A stretch of DNA of 64,000 nt from an uncultured Gemmatimonadaceae bacterium (GTDB taxonomy: Bacteria; Gemmatimonadota; Gemmatimonadetes; Gemmatimonadales; Gemmatimonadaceae), in assembly GCA_963781585.1 (NCBI GenBank), contig CAWAGQ010000013.1:64001-128000 (forward strand), read 5' to 3'. How positions within the stretch are numbered: the stretch's first letter is position 1; each line of letters opens with the position of its first letter. The position numbers and the translations under genes are program-made. Below are positions 21,522 to 33,187 of the stretch, one piece after another. The notes beneath the pieces are model-generated. The model did not search any database, was not told where the DNA came from, and saw only the letters and a program-made list of their open reading frames with translations.

Positions 21522-22691
21522 TCACACATTGGCAAAGGCGCCTTCGATGTCCTGGAGCAGATCCCCTATATCCTCGACGCCCACCGAAAAACGCACCAGG
21601 CCGTCCCCGATCCCGATGGCTGCACGTCGCTCGGCGGGAACCGAAGCGTGGGTCATTGACGCCGGATGGCAGACCAGGCTCTCCACACCACCCAGCGACT
21701 CAGCCAGCGTGAAGACCCGCAGCCCCTCGATCAGACGGGCTGCTCGTTCGCGCGTCGCGACGTCCACCGAGATCATCCCCCCGAAACCCGACATCTGCCG
21801 GCAGGCGAGCTCGTGCTGCGGATGGGAAGGGAGCCCGGGATAATGGACGCGGTCTTCTCCGAGCCGCGCCGCCAGCCACGTCGCGATTCGCCGCCCGTTG
21901 GCGTCGTGTGCGGCCATTCGAAGGTGAAGCGTCTTGGTTCCTCTGAGGACGAGCCATGCATCGAACGGCCCCGGAACCGCCCCCGCCGCGTTCAGGATGA
22001 ACTGCAGACGCTCCGCCAGCTCGTCGCTGCGGACGACGGCAATGCCCCCGACCATGTCGCTGTGGCCATTGAGGTATTTGGTGCTGGAGTGGAAGACGAC
22101 GTCGGCGCCATGCTCGAACGGCCGCTGAAAGACCGGGGTCGCAAAGGTGTTGTCCACAATGAGAAAGGCGCTGGCTTCCCGGGCGATCTCTCCGGCCGCG
22201 CCGAGGTCCGTAAGGCGCATCAGCGGGTTGGTCGGGGTCTCCAGGATAATCGCCCGGGTGGAACCGGTTATGGCGTCCCGAATGCGTTCCGGATCCCGGG
22301 TGTCCACGTAGCTAAAGTTCAGCCCGCAGTTGCCGAGAATTCTGTCAAAGAGACGTGGGGTACCGCCGTACATGTTCTCAGCGCACACAAAATGGTCGCC
22401 CGCGCGGAACAGCTTCATGATGGAGTCCAGGCACCCCATGCCGCTCGCGAACGCGAATCCGTGCGTGCCGCCCTCCAGGGCCGCGACGTTCCGCTCGAGG
22501 GCCTCTCTCGTGGGATTCCGCCCGCGCGCGTACTCGTAACCCTTGTGCCTGCCGAGGCCGTCCTGGGCGTACGTCGACGTCAGATAGACCGGGGTCATCA
22601 CCGCCCCGGTGGTCGGATCCGGCCGCTGGCCGGCATGGACCGCTCGGGTGCCAAAACTCATGCCCAAATCGTCGTCAAAAATGCGAGTCAT
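21522..22691 (-). CDS. Cystathionine gamma-synthase/gamma-lyase (PLP trans-sulfuration enzyme)
   Basis: YARGRNPT, ETPTNP, VDNTFATP, STKYLNGHSD, ESLGGVESL. Confidence 0.93.
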   Translation of the reverse strand: MTRIFDDDLGMSFGTRAVHAGQRPDPTTGAVMTPVYLTSTYAQDGLGRHKGYEYARGRNPTREALERNVAALEGGTHGFAFASGMGCLDSIMKLFRAGDHFVCAENMYGGTPRLFDRILGNCGLNFSYVDTRDPERIRDAITGSTRAIILETPTNPLMRLTDLGAAGEIAREASAFLIVDNTFATPVFQRPFEHGADVVFHSSTKYLNGHSDMVGGIAVVRSDELAERLQFILNAAGAVPGPFDAWLVLRGTKTLHLRMAAHDANGRRIATWLAARLGEDRVHYPGLPSHPQHELACRQMSGFGGMISVDVATRERAARLIEGLRVFTLAESLGGVESLVCHPASMTHASVPAERRAAIGIGDGLVRFSVGVEDIGDLLQDIEGAFANV

Positions 22692-22786
22692 AGGTGGGAA
22701 GCCGGAGGAAGAGGAGGGAAGATAGTGCACACCGGACACTACCCGAAACACGCGTGCGCCGTGGAACGGAATCCGGGACGGGGTCG

Positions 22787-23896
22787 ATGACGACGCCCGG
22801 TGTCGCGAACACGCGCCGCGGAGCGGCCGCTGGTCCGGCGGACCGCCAGCGATGCCTCATCGTGGACGATGAACCGCATCTGCGTCGCGTCCTCTCGCGC
22901 CTGATGCAGACCGACGGATTCATCTGCGAGGAGGCGGCGAACGGACGCGAGGCCCTGGAGGCACTGGAGCGCCATCCGGCAACGCTGCTACTGACAGACC
23001 TGCACATGCCGGAATTGGACGGTATTGGGCTCTTGCGGGAGGTCCGGAGCCGTTACCCGGACACGGCGGTAATGCTCGTGACGGCTGTGGCCGACGTTCG
23101 CACCGCCGTCGACTGCCTGGCGGAAGGCGCAATGGACTATGTGACGAAGCCCTTCCAGCTCGAGGAGGTTCGGGCGCGTGTCCGGCAGGCGCTCGACAAG
23201 CGGCGGCTCATTCTCGAAAACCGCGACTATCAGGAGCGCCTCGAGGAACGCGTGGGGATTCAATCGCGGCGTCTCGAACAGCTGTTCTTCGCTTCGATTC
23301 AATCGCTCGCCGACGCGCTCGAAGTCAAGGACAAGTACACGCACGGACACTCCCTGCGCGTCAGCCGCTACTCCGTGCTGATCGCACGCGAACTACGGAT
23401 GGACGATGCGTTCGTAGCGCAGGTCGAGCTTGGAGGACGCGTACACGACATCGGGAAGATTGGCGTGCGCGAGACGGTCCTCAACAAGGCAGGGCCGCTG
23501 ACGGATGAGGAGTATCGCCACATCATGTCGCATCCGGAGGTCGGATGGCGCATCCTGAAGCCCCTCCTGGCTGACCAGACCAGGGCTCTCAGCATCGTGC
23601 GACACCATCACGAACGGTGGGACGGCCGCGGACTCCCTGATGGGCTGGCCGGCGAAGCGATTCCCTTCGAGGCGCGGATCGCAGCCGTCGCGGACACCTT
23701 CGACGCCATGACCAGTGAACGACCCTATCGGCCGAGCGCAGGGGTTCCGGCGACCGTGGATGAGCTGCTGCGCTGCCGCGGGACGCAGTTCGATCCCGAG
23801 GTCGTGGACGCCTTCGTAAAGGTGCTCCGGCGCGAAGAGCAGGACGCTGAGCAACATGCCGATCGTCGCACAGCAGTGGCCCAGGCATCGGACTGA
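22787..23896 (+). CDS. Response regulator with HD-GYP-type output domain
   Basis: REC (IVDDE, TDLHMP, KPF); HD domain (GHSLRV, HDIGK, HHERWDG, DAMTSERPYR). Confidence 0.92.
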   Translation: MTTPGVANTRRGAAAGPADRQRCLIVDDEPHLRRVLSRLMQTDGFICEEAANGREALEALERHPATLLLTDLHMPELDGIGLLREVRSRYPDTAVMLVTAVADVRTAVDCLAEGAMDYVTKPFQLEEVRARVRQALDKRRLILENRDYQERLEERVGIQSRRLEQLFFASIQSLADALEVKDKYTHGHSLRVSRYSVLIARELRMDDAFVAQVELGGRVHDIGKIGVRETVLNKAGPLTDEEYRHIMSHPEVGWRILKPLLADQTRALSIVRHHHERWDGRGLPDGLAGEAIPFEARIAAVADTFDAMTSERPYRPSAGVPATVDELLRCRGTQFDPEVVDAFVKVLRREEQDAEQHADRRTAVAQASD

Positions 23897-24131
23897 CGTC
23901 GCTGCGGATGTTACGAATCCGCCGCTCGCGATGTCGCTAGGAGCTGGGCAAGTGTCTCCGTTTCCAATACATAGCGCGACCTGAAGGCGTCTGCCGTCGC
24001 CGGGTTTTCGCCGTGCCGCGTGCAGAGGCTCTCCCGAATCGGGTCACGTCCTGTGATCCGTGTCGCGCTGCCGCACTGCGCAGTGCGGTTAAGATTGAAG
24101 CCTCGGCCAGACGAGGTTCACCAGCGGGAGC

Positions 24132-25511
24132 ATGGCGCAGATGCCCTTCGGTGGGTTGATGATCAGTGTGTCAGGGATACGGGGCCGAGTTGGCGAGGCC
24201 CTGACCCCCGAGGTCATGGGAACGTACACGGCCGGGTTCGGCGCCTGGTCGCTTGCGCGCTCCACATCTCGCGCGATCGTCGTGGGGCGCGATTCCCGTG
24301 TTTCCGGTCCGATGTTTCAGCGGGCGGTCACCGCGGCGCTGCAGTCGGTGGGCGCCCGGGTCATCGACCTCGGGATGGCCCCGACCCCCACGGTGCAGTT
24401 GGCGGTGGAGGACCATGAAGCGGCGGGGGGGCTGGCAATAACGGCCAGCCACAATCCCATCGAGTGGAACGCGCTCAAGTTCATCGGGCACGCGGGTCTG
24501 TTCCTCGACCAGGCTGAGAGCGCCGCTATGCGGGCCTTCGTGGACCGGGGGGTGCCCCGCGTGGGGTGGCAGGAGTTGGGAGAGGTGGAACCCGATCCTC
24601 AGGCGGTGACGCGCCACCTGGAGCGCATTCTGGCCCTCCCCATCATCGACGTGAAGGGAATCCGACGACGTCGGTTTCTAGTGGCGCTCGATAGCTGTCA
24701 CGGCGCTGGCAGCACGATCCTGCCGGCGCTCCTGGAGCGGCTCGGTTGTGAAGTATGTGCGATCAATCTGGTGCCTGACGGCCTCTTTCACCGGTCGCCC
24801 GAGCCCGTAGCCGAGAATCTTGGGGAGCTGCAGGAGCTCGTCCGATCCACTGGAGCTGCGGTGGGACTGGCGGTGGATCCGGACGTGGACCGCCTGGCCC
24901 TGGTGGACGAGACGGGGCGTGCCATTGGAGAGGACTACACCCTTGCTCTGGCGTGTCGTGTCGTGCTGCGGCGGCAGGCAGGGGTTGTCGTAACGAACCT
25001 GTCGACGAGTCGGGTAATCGACGACGTGGCGGCCGAATACGGATCCTCGGTGGTCCGGGCGCCGGTGGGCGAAATCAACGTGGCGGCGCGGATGCGCGAC
25101 GTGGGTGCCATTGTCGGCGGAGAGGGGAACGGCGGGGTAATACTCCCCGCGCTGCATCTCGGCAGGGACGCACCAGTGGCCGCGGCTCTGGTTCTCCAGT
25201 TGCTGCTGGAGGAACCGCGGCCGCTGTCTCAGGTTGTGGCACGATATCCGCAGTACCACATCGTGAAGGAAAAGCTCGACCGGCCGGCCGTGGCCCTGGA
25301 CGCGGTGTACGACGCCCTTCGCGGCGACTTTGCGGACGCCGTGGTGGACACGCAGGACGGGTTGCGACTGAGCTGGTCCGATCGATGGGTGCACGTGCGT
25401 CCGTCGGGGACAGAACCGATCATCCGCGTCATCGCCGAAGCCCGGTCGGAATCTCAGGCCCGGGAACTCATCGCTCGCTGCCGCGCGCCTCTCGACGCGC
25501 TGGTGGCGTAG
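24132..25511 (+). CDS. glmM: Phosphoglucosamine mutase / alpha-D-phosphohexomutase
   Basis: SGIRG, TASHNP, DPDVDR, GEGNG, RPSGTEP; directly upstream of glmS. Confidence 0.8.
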   Translation: MAQMPFGGLMISVSGIRGRVGEALTPEVMGTYTAGFGAWSLARSTSRAIVVGRDSRVSGPMFQRAVTAALQSVGARVIDLGMAPTPTVQLAVEDHEAAGGLAITASHNPIEWNALKFIGHAGLFLDQAESAAMRAFVDRGVPRVGWQELGEVEPDPQAVTRHLERILALPIIDVKGIRRRRFLVALDSCHGAGSTILPALLERLGCEVCAINLVPDGLFHRSPEPVAENLGELQELVRSTGAAVGLAVDPDVDRLALVDETGRAIGEDYTLALACRVVLRRQAGVVVTNLSTSRVIDDVAAEYGSSVVRAPVGEINVAARMRDVGAIVGGEGNGGVILPALHLGRDAPVAAALVLQLLLEEPRPLSQVVARYPQYHIVKEKLDRPAVALDAVYDALRGDFADAVVDTQDGLRLSWSDRWVHVRPSGTEPIIRVIAEARSESQARELIARCRAPLDALVA

Positions 25512-25530
25512 CTATCATTTCATACCGCCT

Positions 25531-27357
<1,827 letters not shown>

Positions 27358-27376
27358 TCCCGGTGGGGCCCCTGGA

Positions 27377-27844
27377 ATGACGGCGGTATCGGAGGTCCAC
27401 ATTCGCGCCGCGACGACCGCCGACCTGCCGGTGGCGCGCGCGCTTCTCGCGTCGGCCGAGCTGCCGCTGGACGGCCTCGAAGAATCTTTTGGCGAGGGAT
27501 ACGTCCTGGTGGAATCCGACGGAGAGCTGGTCGGCATCGAGGGCGTCGAAGTGCATGGCCGGGACGGACTCCTGCGGTCGGCGGCGGTCGCTCCCGGCTG
27601 GCGCGGGCGCGGCCTCGGCGACCGCATGACCCGCGACCGGATCGCCTGGTCGCGCCGGCGCGGTCTGCGGGCGCTGTACCTCCTGACCACGACGGCGGGG
27701 GACTATTTCCCGCGTTTCGGCTTCCTGCCAGCCGATCGGACGGCAGCGCCGGATGCGATCCGGACATCGCGGGAGTTCTCCCGGGCATGCCCCGACACGG
27801 CGTTGCTGATGCGTATGGCGTTAGGCAGCGACTCCGGAGCGTGA
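27377..27844 (+). CDS. GNAT acetyltransferase (ArsN2-like)
   Basis: LLRSAAV..WRGRGLG, LYLLTTTA..YF, EF..CP. Confidence 0.8.
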   Translation: MTAVSEVHIRAATTADLPVARALLASAELPLDGLEESFGEGYVLVESDGELVGIEGVEVHGRDGLLRSAAVAPGWRGRGLGDRMTRDRIAWSRRRGLRALYLLTTTAGDYFPRFGFLPADRTAAPDAIRTSREFSRACPDTALLMRMALGSDSGA

Positions 27845-27928
27845 CGGATCCCGGCACGCCGGCCCCGGTCGCGAGGAGATCGGGCGCCGGGCTCGGCGCG
27901 CCGCTGCCGGGACGCTACCTTTCAACCC

Positions 27929-28381
27929 ATGCGCGTTCTGCTGCAGCGCGTCTCGCGCGCCGAAGTTCGCGTTAGGCAGCCTGACGGCACGGCGGGAACC
28001 GCCGGCCGGATCGGCCGTGGGTACCTTCTCCTGGTCGGGTTTACGGACGCTGACGACGAGCCCCGCCTGGCGTGGATGGCCGACAAGGTGATCGGCCTGC
28101 GCCTGTTCGCCGACGCCGATCAGAAGATGAATCTGGCGCTTGGCGACGTGGGGGGATCGCTGCTGGTCGTGTCGCAGTTCACCCTCTACGGCGACGTGCA
28201 GAAGGGCCGCAGACCAAGCTTCCTCGATGCGGCCCGGCCGGATGTCGCGGTTCCGCTGTACGACCGTTTCGTGGCGCTCCTCCGCGAGCGCGGTGCAACC
28301 GTGGAAACCGGCGTGTTCGGCGCCATGATGGACGTGGAGCTGGTGAATGACGGCCCGGTGACGCTCTGGCTCGAGCGATGA
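27929..28381 (+). CDS. dtd: D-aminoacyl-tRNA deacylase
   Basis: MRVLLQRV, SQFTL, GRRPSF, NDGPVT. Confidence 0.97.
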   Translation: MRVLLQRVSRAEVRVRQPDGTAGTAGRIGRGYLLLVGFTDADDEPRLAWMADKVIGLRLFADADQKMNLALGDVGGSLLVVSQFTLYGDVQKGRRPSFLDAARPDVAVPLYDRFVALLRERGATVETGVFGAMMDVELVNDGPVTLWLER

Positions 28382-28977
28382 CCGCTCCGCGCGTCGTCCT
28401 GGCGTCTGAATCGCCCCGCCGGCACGATCTGCTGACCCTGATCGGGATACCACACGACGTGCGACCGGCGCACATCGATGAGACCAGCCATCCCGATGAG
28501 GCACCAGCTGTCCACGTGGAGCGGCTTGCCCGCGAAAAGGCCTCCGCGATCGCCGCCCTCGATCCCGGCGCGGTGGTGATCGGAGCGGACACCGAGGTGG
28601 TCCTCGATGGCGCGGTGCTCGGGAAGCCGACCGACCAGGAGGATGCGCGACGCATGTTGGGCCGCCTCTCGGGACGGACCCATACCGTGCTGACGGCGGT
28701 GGCGGTGGCATACGACGGCGCGCTCGCCTCGGGCGTGGAAACGGTGGAGGTGACTTTTCGCCCGCTCACCGACGCGGCGATCGCCTCGTACCTGGCCACC
28801 GGCGAACCGATGGACAAGGCCGGGGCGTACGGGATCCAGGGATACGGCGCCGTGATCGTGCGGCGGATCGACGGTGACTACTTCGCGGTCATGGGCCTGG
28901 CGTTAGGCAGACTCGTGCACCTGCTGGCCGAGGTGGGGATCCGGTATGACTTCGGCGTGCTGTGCGCGGCCGATTGA
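28378..28977 (+). CDS. maf: Maf nucleoside triphosphate pyrophosphatase
   Basis: LASESPRR, GADT, LGKP, DKAGAYGIQG. Confidence 0.96.
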   Translation: MTAPRVVLASESPRRHDLLTLIGIPHDVRPAHIDETSHPDEAPAVHVERLAREKASAIAALDPGAVVIGADTEVVLDGAVLGKPTDQEDARRMLGRLSGRTHTVLTAVAVAYDGALASGVETVEVTFRPLTDAAIASYLATGEPMDKAGAYGIQGYGAVIVRRIDGDYFAVMGLALGRLVHLLAEVGIRYDFGVLCAAD

Positions 28978-29154
28978 ACCTGGTGCGGCGCCACCTCGCT
29001 CGTCGCTCCGGTTACTCGGGATCAATTCCCGCAATCTACGGCAAGCCGGCGCCACTGACTGTCCCGGGATCGAAGCCGGGCGTCGCGCCACCTGACGCAC
29101 GAGCGCCGCGACTTCCGCCGCGGCGCCCGTGGTGTCCAGAGGAAAGGCTCCCTG

Positions 29155-29532
29155 CTATCGGGTCACGCCCGGCGGCCGGCCTCTCCCCATCGGCATGTTC
29201 TTGCGGTTCTCGTCGAACACCTTTTGCTGATCCGGTGTCAGAACCGCGCGGATCTCATCGTACTGCTTGTTGTTGTTCTCCATCATCTTCGTGCGCGCGG
29301 CCGCCATCCCGGCGGAATCCATACCCTGCATCTGCGGCCGCATGGCGCGGTACTTCGCGACGATCGTGTCGACCTTCGTCTGTTGGTCGGCGGTCAGCGT
29401 GATGTTCTGCATCAGCGCCGTCATGCCGCCCCGGCCACGACCCCCACCGCCGCCACCGCCTTGCGCGTTGGCGACCGGCGCCACGAACATGCTCGTGGCC
29501 AGCACTAGGAGAAAAAAGCGAACCGACTTCAT
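29155..29532 (-). CDS. Secreted Spy/CpxP-like (LTxxQ) protein
   Basis: Signal peptide, Gly-rich linker, LTADQ and LTPDQ motifs, Met-rich. Confidence 0.75.
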   Translation of the reverse strand: MKSVRFFLLVLATSMFVAPVANAQGGGGGGGRGRGGMTALMQNITLTADQQTKVDTIVAKYRAMRPQMQGMDSAGMAAARTKMMENNNKQYDEIRAVLTPDQQKVFDENRKNMPMGRGRPPGVTR

Positions 29533-29685
29533 GCAAATACCTCGAAGGGTGAGGGTGAGTACCTGGCCTGGGGGGCGTAGTTGTACGCGGCCCGGCCTCC
29601 ACCTGTTGCGCGGAGGTCAGCGCGGCGCGTCAGCGCTCAGACCGCCCCTGCTACCCGGCAACGGGCGCCCGCGGCCATTGATCCC

Positions 29686-30729
29686 CTACGTCACCGATCG
29701 GTTGGCGTACACATCGCGCCATCGCTGCACTCGCTCCACGACGTCGCCGACCGTGATGCGCGCCATCCGTCCCGACCGGGTCGCAGCACTGACCGGATAG
29801 GCTTCGCCGGGCTCGCCGTAGGCGTCAACGATCAGGTCGTGGAAGCGGCGATACGGACCGGTCCGACGCGGATTCGTATATCCCATCACGCTGACGACCG
29901 GTCGATCAAGCGCAACCGCCATGTGGAGGGGACCTGTATCCGGCGACAACACGAGGGCCGAGCCCTCCAGGATCGAGACGAGGTTCCGCAGTCCGCTGCC
30001 GAGCGCCGACATCGGGGGCCGGCGCGCGGCGGAAAGGATGTTCTGTTCCGAACGAATTTCCCGCGGCGAGCGCCCGCCAACGAGGACGGGCTGCAGGCCG
30101 AAGTCGTGGTAGAGCACGTCGGCCACCTGCGCCCATCGTTCAGGGAGCCAGTCCTTGGCAGGGTTGCTGGTGGCCACGACGATCGCTGCCACCGGACGGT
30201 CGAACTGCGCGAAGAACTCACGCTGCCACGTCCGCTCCGGTTCCCAGGGCCCGAGGTGCCATTCGACCGGTTCACTCGCCACACCCAGCGCGGTGAGGAA
30301 CTCGAAGTACTGATCCTGCACGTGCTGACCGGTCTGATGCGGCGGGATGCGGTGTGTCGTGAACAGCCAGTTCAGGTCGCGTGCGCGCGCGCGGTCGAAA
30401 CCGAGCTTGACCGCGGCGCGCGCAAGGGCGGTCACGACGCCCGCCTTGAAATACACTTGCAGATCCAGCACCAGGTCGAACTGTCGCGAGGCCAGCGCGC
30501 GCCCGACCTCGACAAAGGCCCGGAGGCCGCGGGCGCGATCGAAGAGGATCAGCTCATCCACCGCCACGTGGCCACGCACGAGACTCGCAGGTCCGGGTTG
30601 GACCACCCAGGTGATCCGGCACCCTGGATGGTGACGCTTGAGAGCGTTGACGACCGGGAGAACGTGCACGGCATCGCCGACTGCGCTCATCATGACGATG
30701 CCGATCCGATCGAGACCCGCGCTAATCAT
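29686..30729 (-). CDS. GT9 glycosyltransferase (heptosyltransferase-like)
   Basis: SAVGDAVH, DLQ, KDW, DTGPLHMA. Confidence 0.9.
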   Translation of the reverse strand: MISAGLDRIGIVMMSAVGDAVHVLPVVNALKRHHPGCRITWVVQPGPASLVRGHVAVDELILFDRARGLRAFVEVGRALASRQFDLVLDLQVYFKAGVVTALARAAVKLGFDRARARDLNWLFTTHRIPPHQTGQHVQDQYFEFLTALGVASEPVEWHLGPWEPERTWQREFFAQFDRPVAAIVVATSNPAKDWLPERWAQVADVLYHDFGLQPVLVGGRSPREIRSEQNILSAARRPPMSALGSGLRNLVSILEGSALVLSPDTGPLHMAVALDRPVVSVMGYTNPRRTGPYRRFHDLIVDAYGEPGEAYPVSAATRSGRMARITVGDVVERVQRWRDVYANRSVT

Positions 30730-31490
30730 GCGCGCGATGGCATCGCCGCCAGCGATCGCAGCTGTCGCAGTTCGTCGTCGTCGAATCCCGCTCCGTTCTG
30801 CTCGCGCATTTTTCGAACGGAGCGCTCGAGCCGCGCGAGGTTGGCGGCCTGCACGTTGGGGTCGCCTGGCGGCGCGAAGCGGACGCGATCGACGTCGAGG
30901 ACGAAGGCGCGATCCACCCCGGTCGCATCGGGAACGAGGAAAATGTTGCGGACGTTGAGGTCGGGGTGCCAGGCGCCAGCGCGGGTCAGGGCCTGCATGA
31001 GTTCGCCGAGCGACGCCAGCCAGGAACCTCGCGCCGGTGCCGCCGCAGGCGTCATCAAGGCGTCACCGAGGTCGTGGCCGGTGAGCTCCAGCGTCACGAA
31101 GTCGCTTCGGCGGAACAGCCACCCCGTCTGGTAGATGGCGAATGCTGCCACGGGCGGTGTTCGCACCCCGGCGCTGGCGAGGACGTACGAGACCAGCAGC
31201 TCGTAGGGGGCGCGGGTCGGTGGGAGAAAGACGTCCTTGAGCAAGGGGCCCAGCAGGCCGCCGTGGTGACCGTGCCGCACCACCACCCGACGTCCGTCGT
31301 TAGGCATCGGGACCGAGAACGCGGGGACCCGGCCGGGCAGTTCCCGGCGCTCGGGGTGCCGCGACGCCCACTCGTACAGCGTCCCGGTCCGCAACACCTC
31401 GCGTGTCCAGTCGACACAGGAGGTGTGCGCAACCACCCGCGTTGCCCCCACGCGGAAGTGGCTGAACTCCTTCGGCACCGGCAGCCTCAC
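30726..31490 (-). CDS. Lipopolysaccharide/Kdo kinase family protein
   Basis: HGGLLG, R..YEL, HPDLNVRNI, LDVD, NLARLERS. Confidence 0.85.
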   Translation of the reverse strand: MRLPVPKEFSHFRVGATRVVAHTSCVDWTREVLRTGTLYEWASRHPERRELPGRVPAFSVPMPNDGRRVVVRHGHHGGLLGPLLKDVFLPPTRAPYELLVSYVLASAGVRTPPVAAFAIYQTGWLFRRSDFVTLELTGHDLGDALMTPAAAPARGSWLASLGELMQALTRAGAWHPDLNVRNIFLVPDATGVDRAFVLDVDRVRFAPPGDPNVQAANLARLERSVRKMREQNGAGFDDDELRQLRSLAAMPSRA

Positions 31491-33148
31491 GACGCCGCGT
31501 TGTAGACGGGAAGCGGCGTGTCGCGACCGGGTACCCAGAGCGCCTCATGGGGGACGAGCGCGTGCGGCCGCGTCAGCGACTCCGCCAGCGCGGGGGTCAC
31601 CAGTATCTGACCCCCCTCTGCCGCCTGACAAAGGCGGTTCGCGGTATTCACCACGTCTCCGATAATAGTGTACTCCAGCCGCCGCTCGCTCCCCAGGTAG
31701 CCGGCAAACACCTCACCGTAGTTGAGTCCAACTCCAACCTGCAGCACGGGGCGACCCTCGGCGGCCCATCGCCTGTTCAGTCTCTCGAGCCCCGAGAGCA
31801 TCTCGAGCGCGGCCTCCAGGGCACGATCGGCGTCGTCGGGGGCGCTCCAGGGCGCGCCCCACTGCGCCATTACGGCGTCTCCGATGAACTTGTCCAGCGT
31901 GCCGCCGTGACGAAACACGCACTCCGCCATCTCGCTGAAGTACTCCGTCAGCAGGCGCGCCGTCGCGTCCGGCGTGAGTCTCGCGGCCAGCGGCGTGAAG
32001 CCGCGGATGTCGTTGAACAGCACCGCGACCCGGCGACGCTCTCCCCCCGCGCGTAGGGCGGCAGGGGTGGCCGCAATCTTGGCCGCCAGGTGAGGGGTGA
32101 AGAAGCGCTCGAAATTCCCGCGGATCACGGCCTCCTGGCGACTGCGCTCAGCGAACCGGAGGTTCTCGAGCGCGACCGCCCCGATGCCCGCGCACGCCAC
32201 CAGAAACTCGAGGTCGTCCTCATCGACCCGCCTCGTCAGAACCGGGCGATCGCCGGCAGTCAGGCTCGCCGCGTACAGAACCCCCAGCACACGCCCTTCT
32301 CCGCCCAGCAGCGGCGCACAGACCGCGGACCGCCGCATCGACACCATGGGGATGGTGGTCGCCTCGTCGCTCGGTCGAAAGGTGGCAGAGACTGGCGCGG
32401 ACACCGGATGATCGTCGGAGAGAAGGGCGACCTTCTCGCGCACCGCCGTCTGCGCGAGTGAAATCGGCACCGGCGGCTCGCCATGACCCTTGGCCGGTCC
32501 CGAGCGAGCCCGCTGCGCGCCCACTCGCAGGTCCCCGTCGCCGTCGGTCAGGAGGACTGCGGCCTGATCGACGTCGAGCATGCGGCAGGTGAAGCCCAGG
32601 AGCTGTTCCAGCAGCTCTTCTTCGGTGGGCACCCTGGTCAGCGCCTTCGAGATCTCCAACAACAGGGTCAGCTTCAGCCGGTCGCGCTCCTGCTGCGGCA
32701 CCACGACTGCCGTCTCGTCCACGGTCCGCTGCACGCCGCTGGCGCGGAGGGCACGCTCCAGGGTCTGGTCCGCGTCCGGGACGGGTACCTGTCGGATGAT
32801 GGTGGTGCCGGCGCGGGCCGCCCGGCGCATCGTTTCGGCCGAGCCGTCGTCGATCAGGACCGGGCTCAGGTCGCGCAGCTCGAAGAGGATCTTGCCGAAG
32901 ACGACGCGATCCCCGGCGGCAACGCGGGCGGTAGCCACGCGCTTGCCATTCACGAACGTGCCGTTACTCGATTCCAGATCCCGCAAGGCGACGCCGGTGG
33001 CTTCGACCACGACCTCGGCGTGGCGCCGCGAGACGGTGGGATCGAGCACGGGCAGGTCGCTGCTCAGTGCCCGCCCGAGCACGAGAGTGGAGCCGGCGCG
33101 CAACTCGAACGAGAGCTGGCCGTCGGCGCTGACCAGGCGATAGGGCAT
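31487..33148 (-). CDS. FHA-GAF-class III adenylate/guanylate cyclase
   Basis: FHA (GR, SRRH, SSNGT), GAF-like middle region, DIRGFT, DKFIGDAVMA, GDVVNTANRL. Confidence 0.9.
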   Translation of the reverse strand: MPYRLVSADGQLSFELRAGSTLVLGRALSSDLPVLDPTVSRRHAEVVVEATGVALRDLESSNGTFVNGKRVATARVAAGDRVVFGKILFELRDLSPVLIDDGSAETMRRAARAGTTIIRQVPVPDADQTLERALRASGVQRTVDETAVVVPQQERDRLKLTLLLEISKALTRVPTEEELLEQLLGFTCRMLDVDQAAVLLTDGDGDLRVGAQRARSGPAKGHGEPPVPISLAQTAVREKVALLSDDHPVSAPVSATFRPSDEATTIPMVSMRRSAVCAPLLGGEGRVLGVLYAASLTAGDRPVLTRRVDEDDLEFLVACAGIGAVALENLRFAERSRQEAVIRGNFERFFTPHLAAKIAATPAALRAGGERRRVAVLFNDIRGFTPLAARLTPDATARLLTEYFSEMAECVFRHGGTLDKFIGDAVMAQWGAPWSAPDDADRALEAALEMLSGLERLNRRWAAEGRPVLQVGVGLNYGEVFAGYLGSERRLEYTIIGDVVNTANRLCQAAEGGQILVTPALAESLTRPHALVPHEALWVPGRDTPLPVYNAAS

Positions 33149-33187
33149 CCGTGTTACCAATATACGTCCCGGCGGCGCGCCTGCGGC

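Noticed and set aside
23897..24131. Possible glmS ribozyme upstream of glmM-glmS (AGCGC and GACGAGG seen)
   Set aside because: The two elements are about 135 nt apart and the downstream conserved core is not visible; an Rfam search would be needed.
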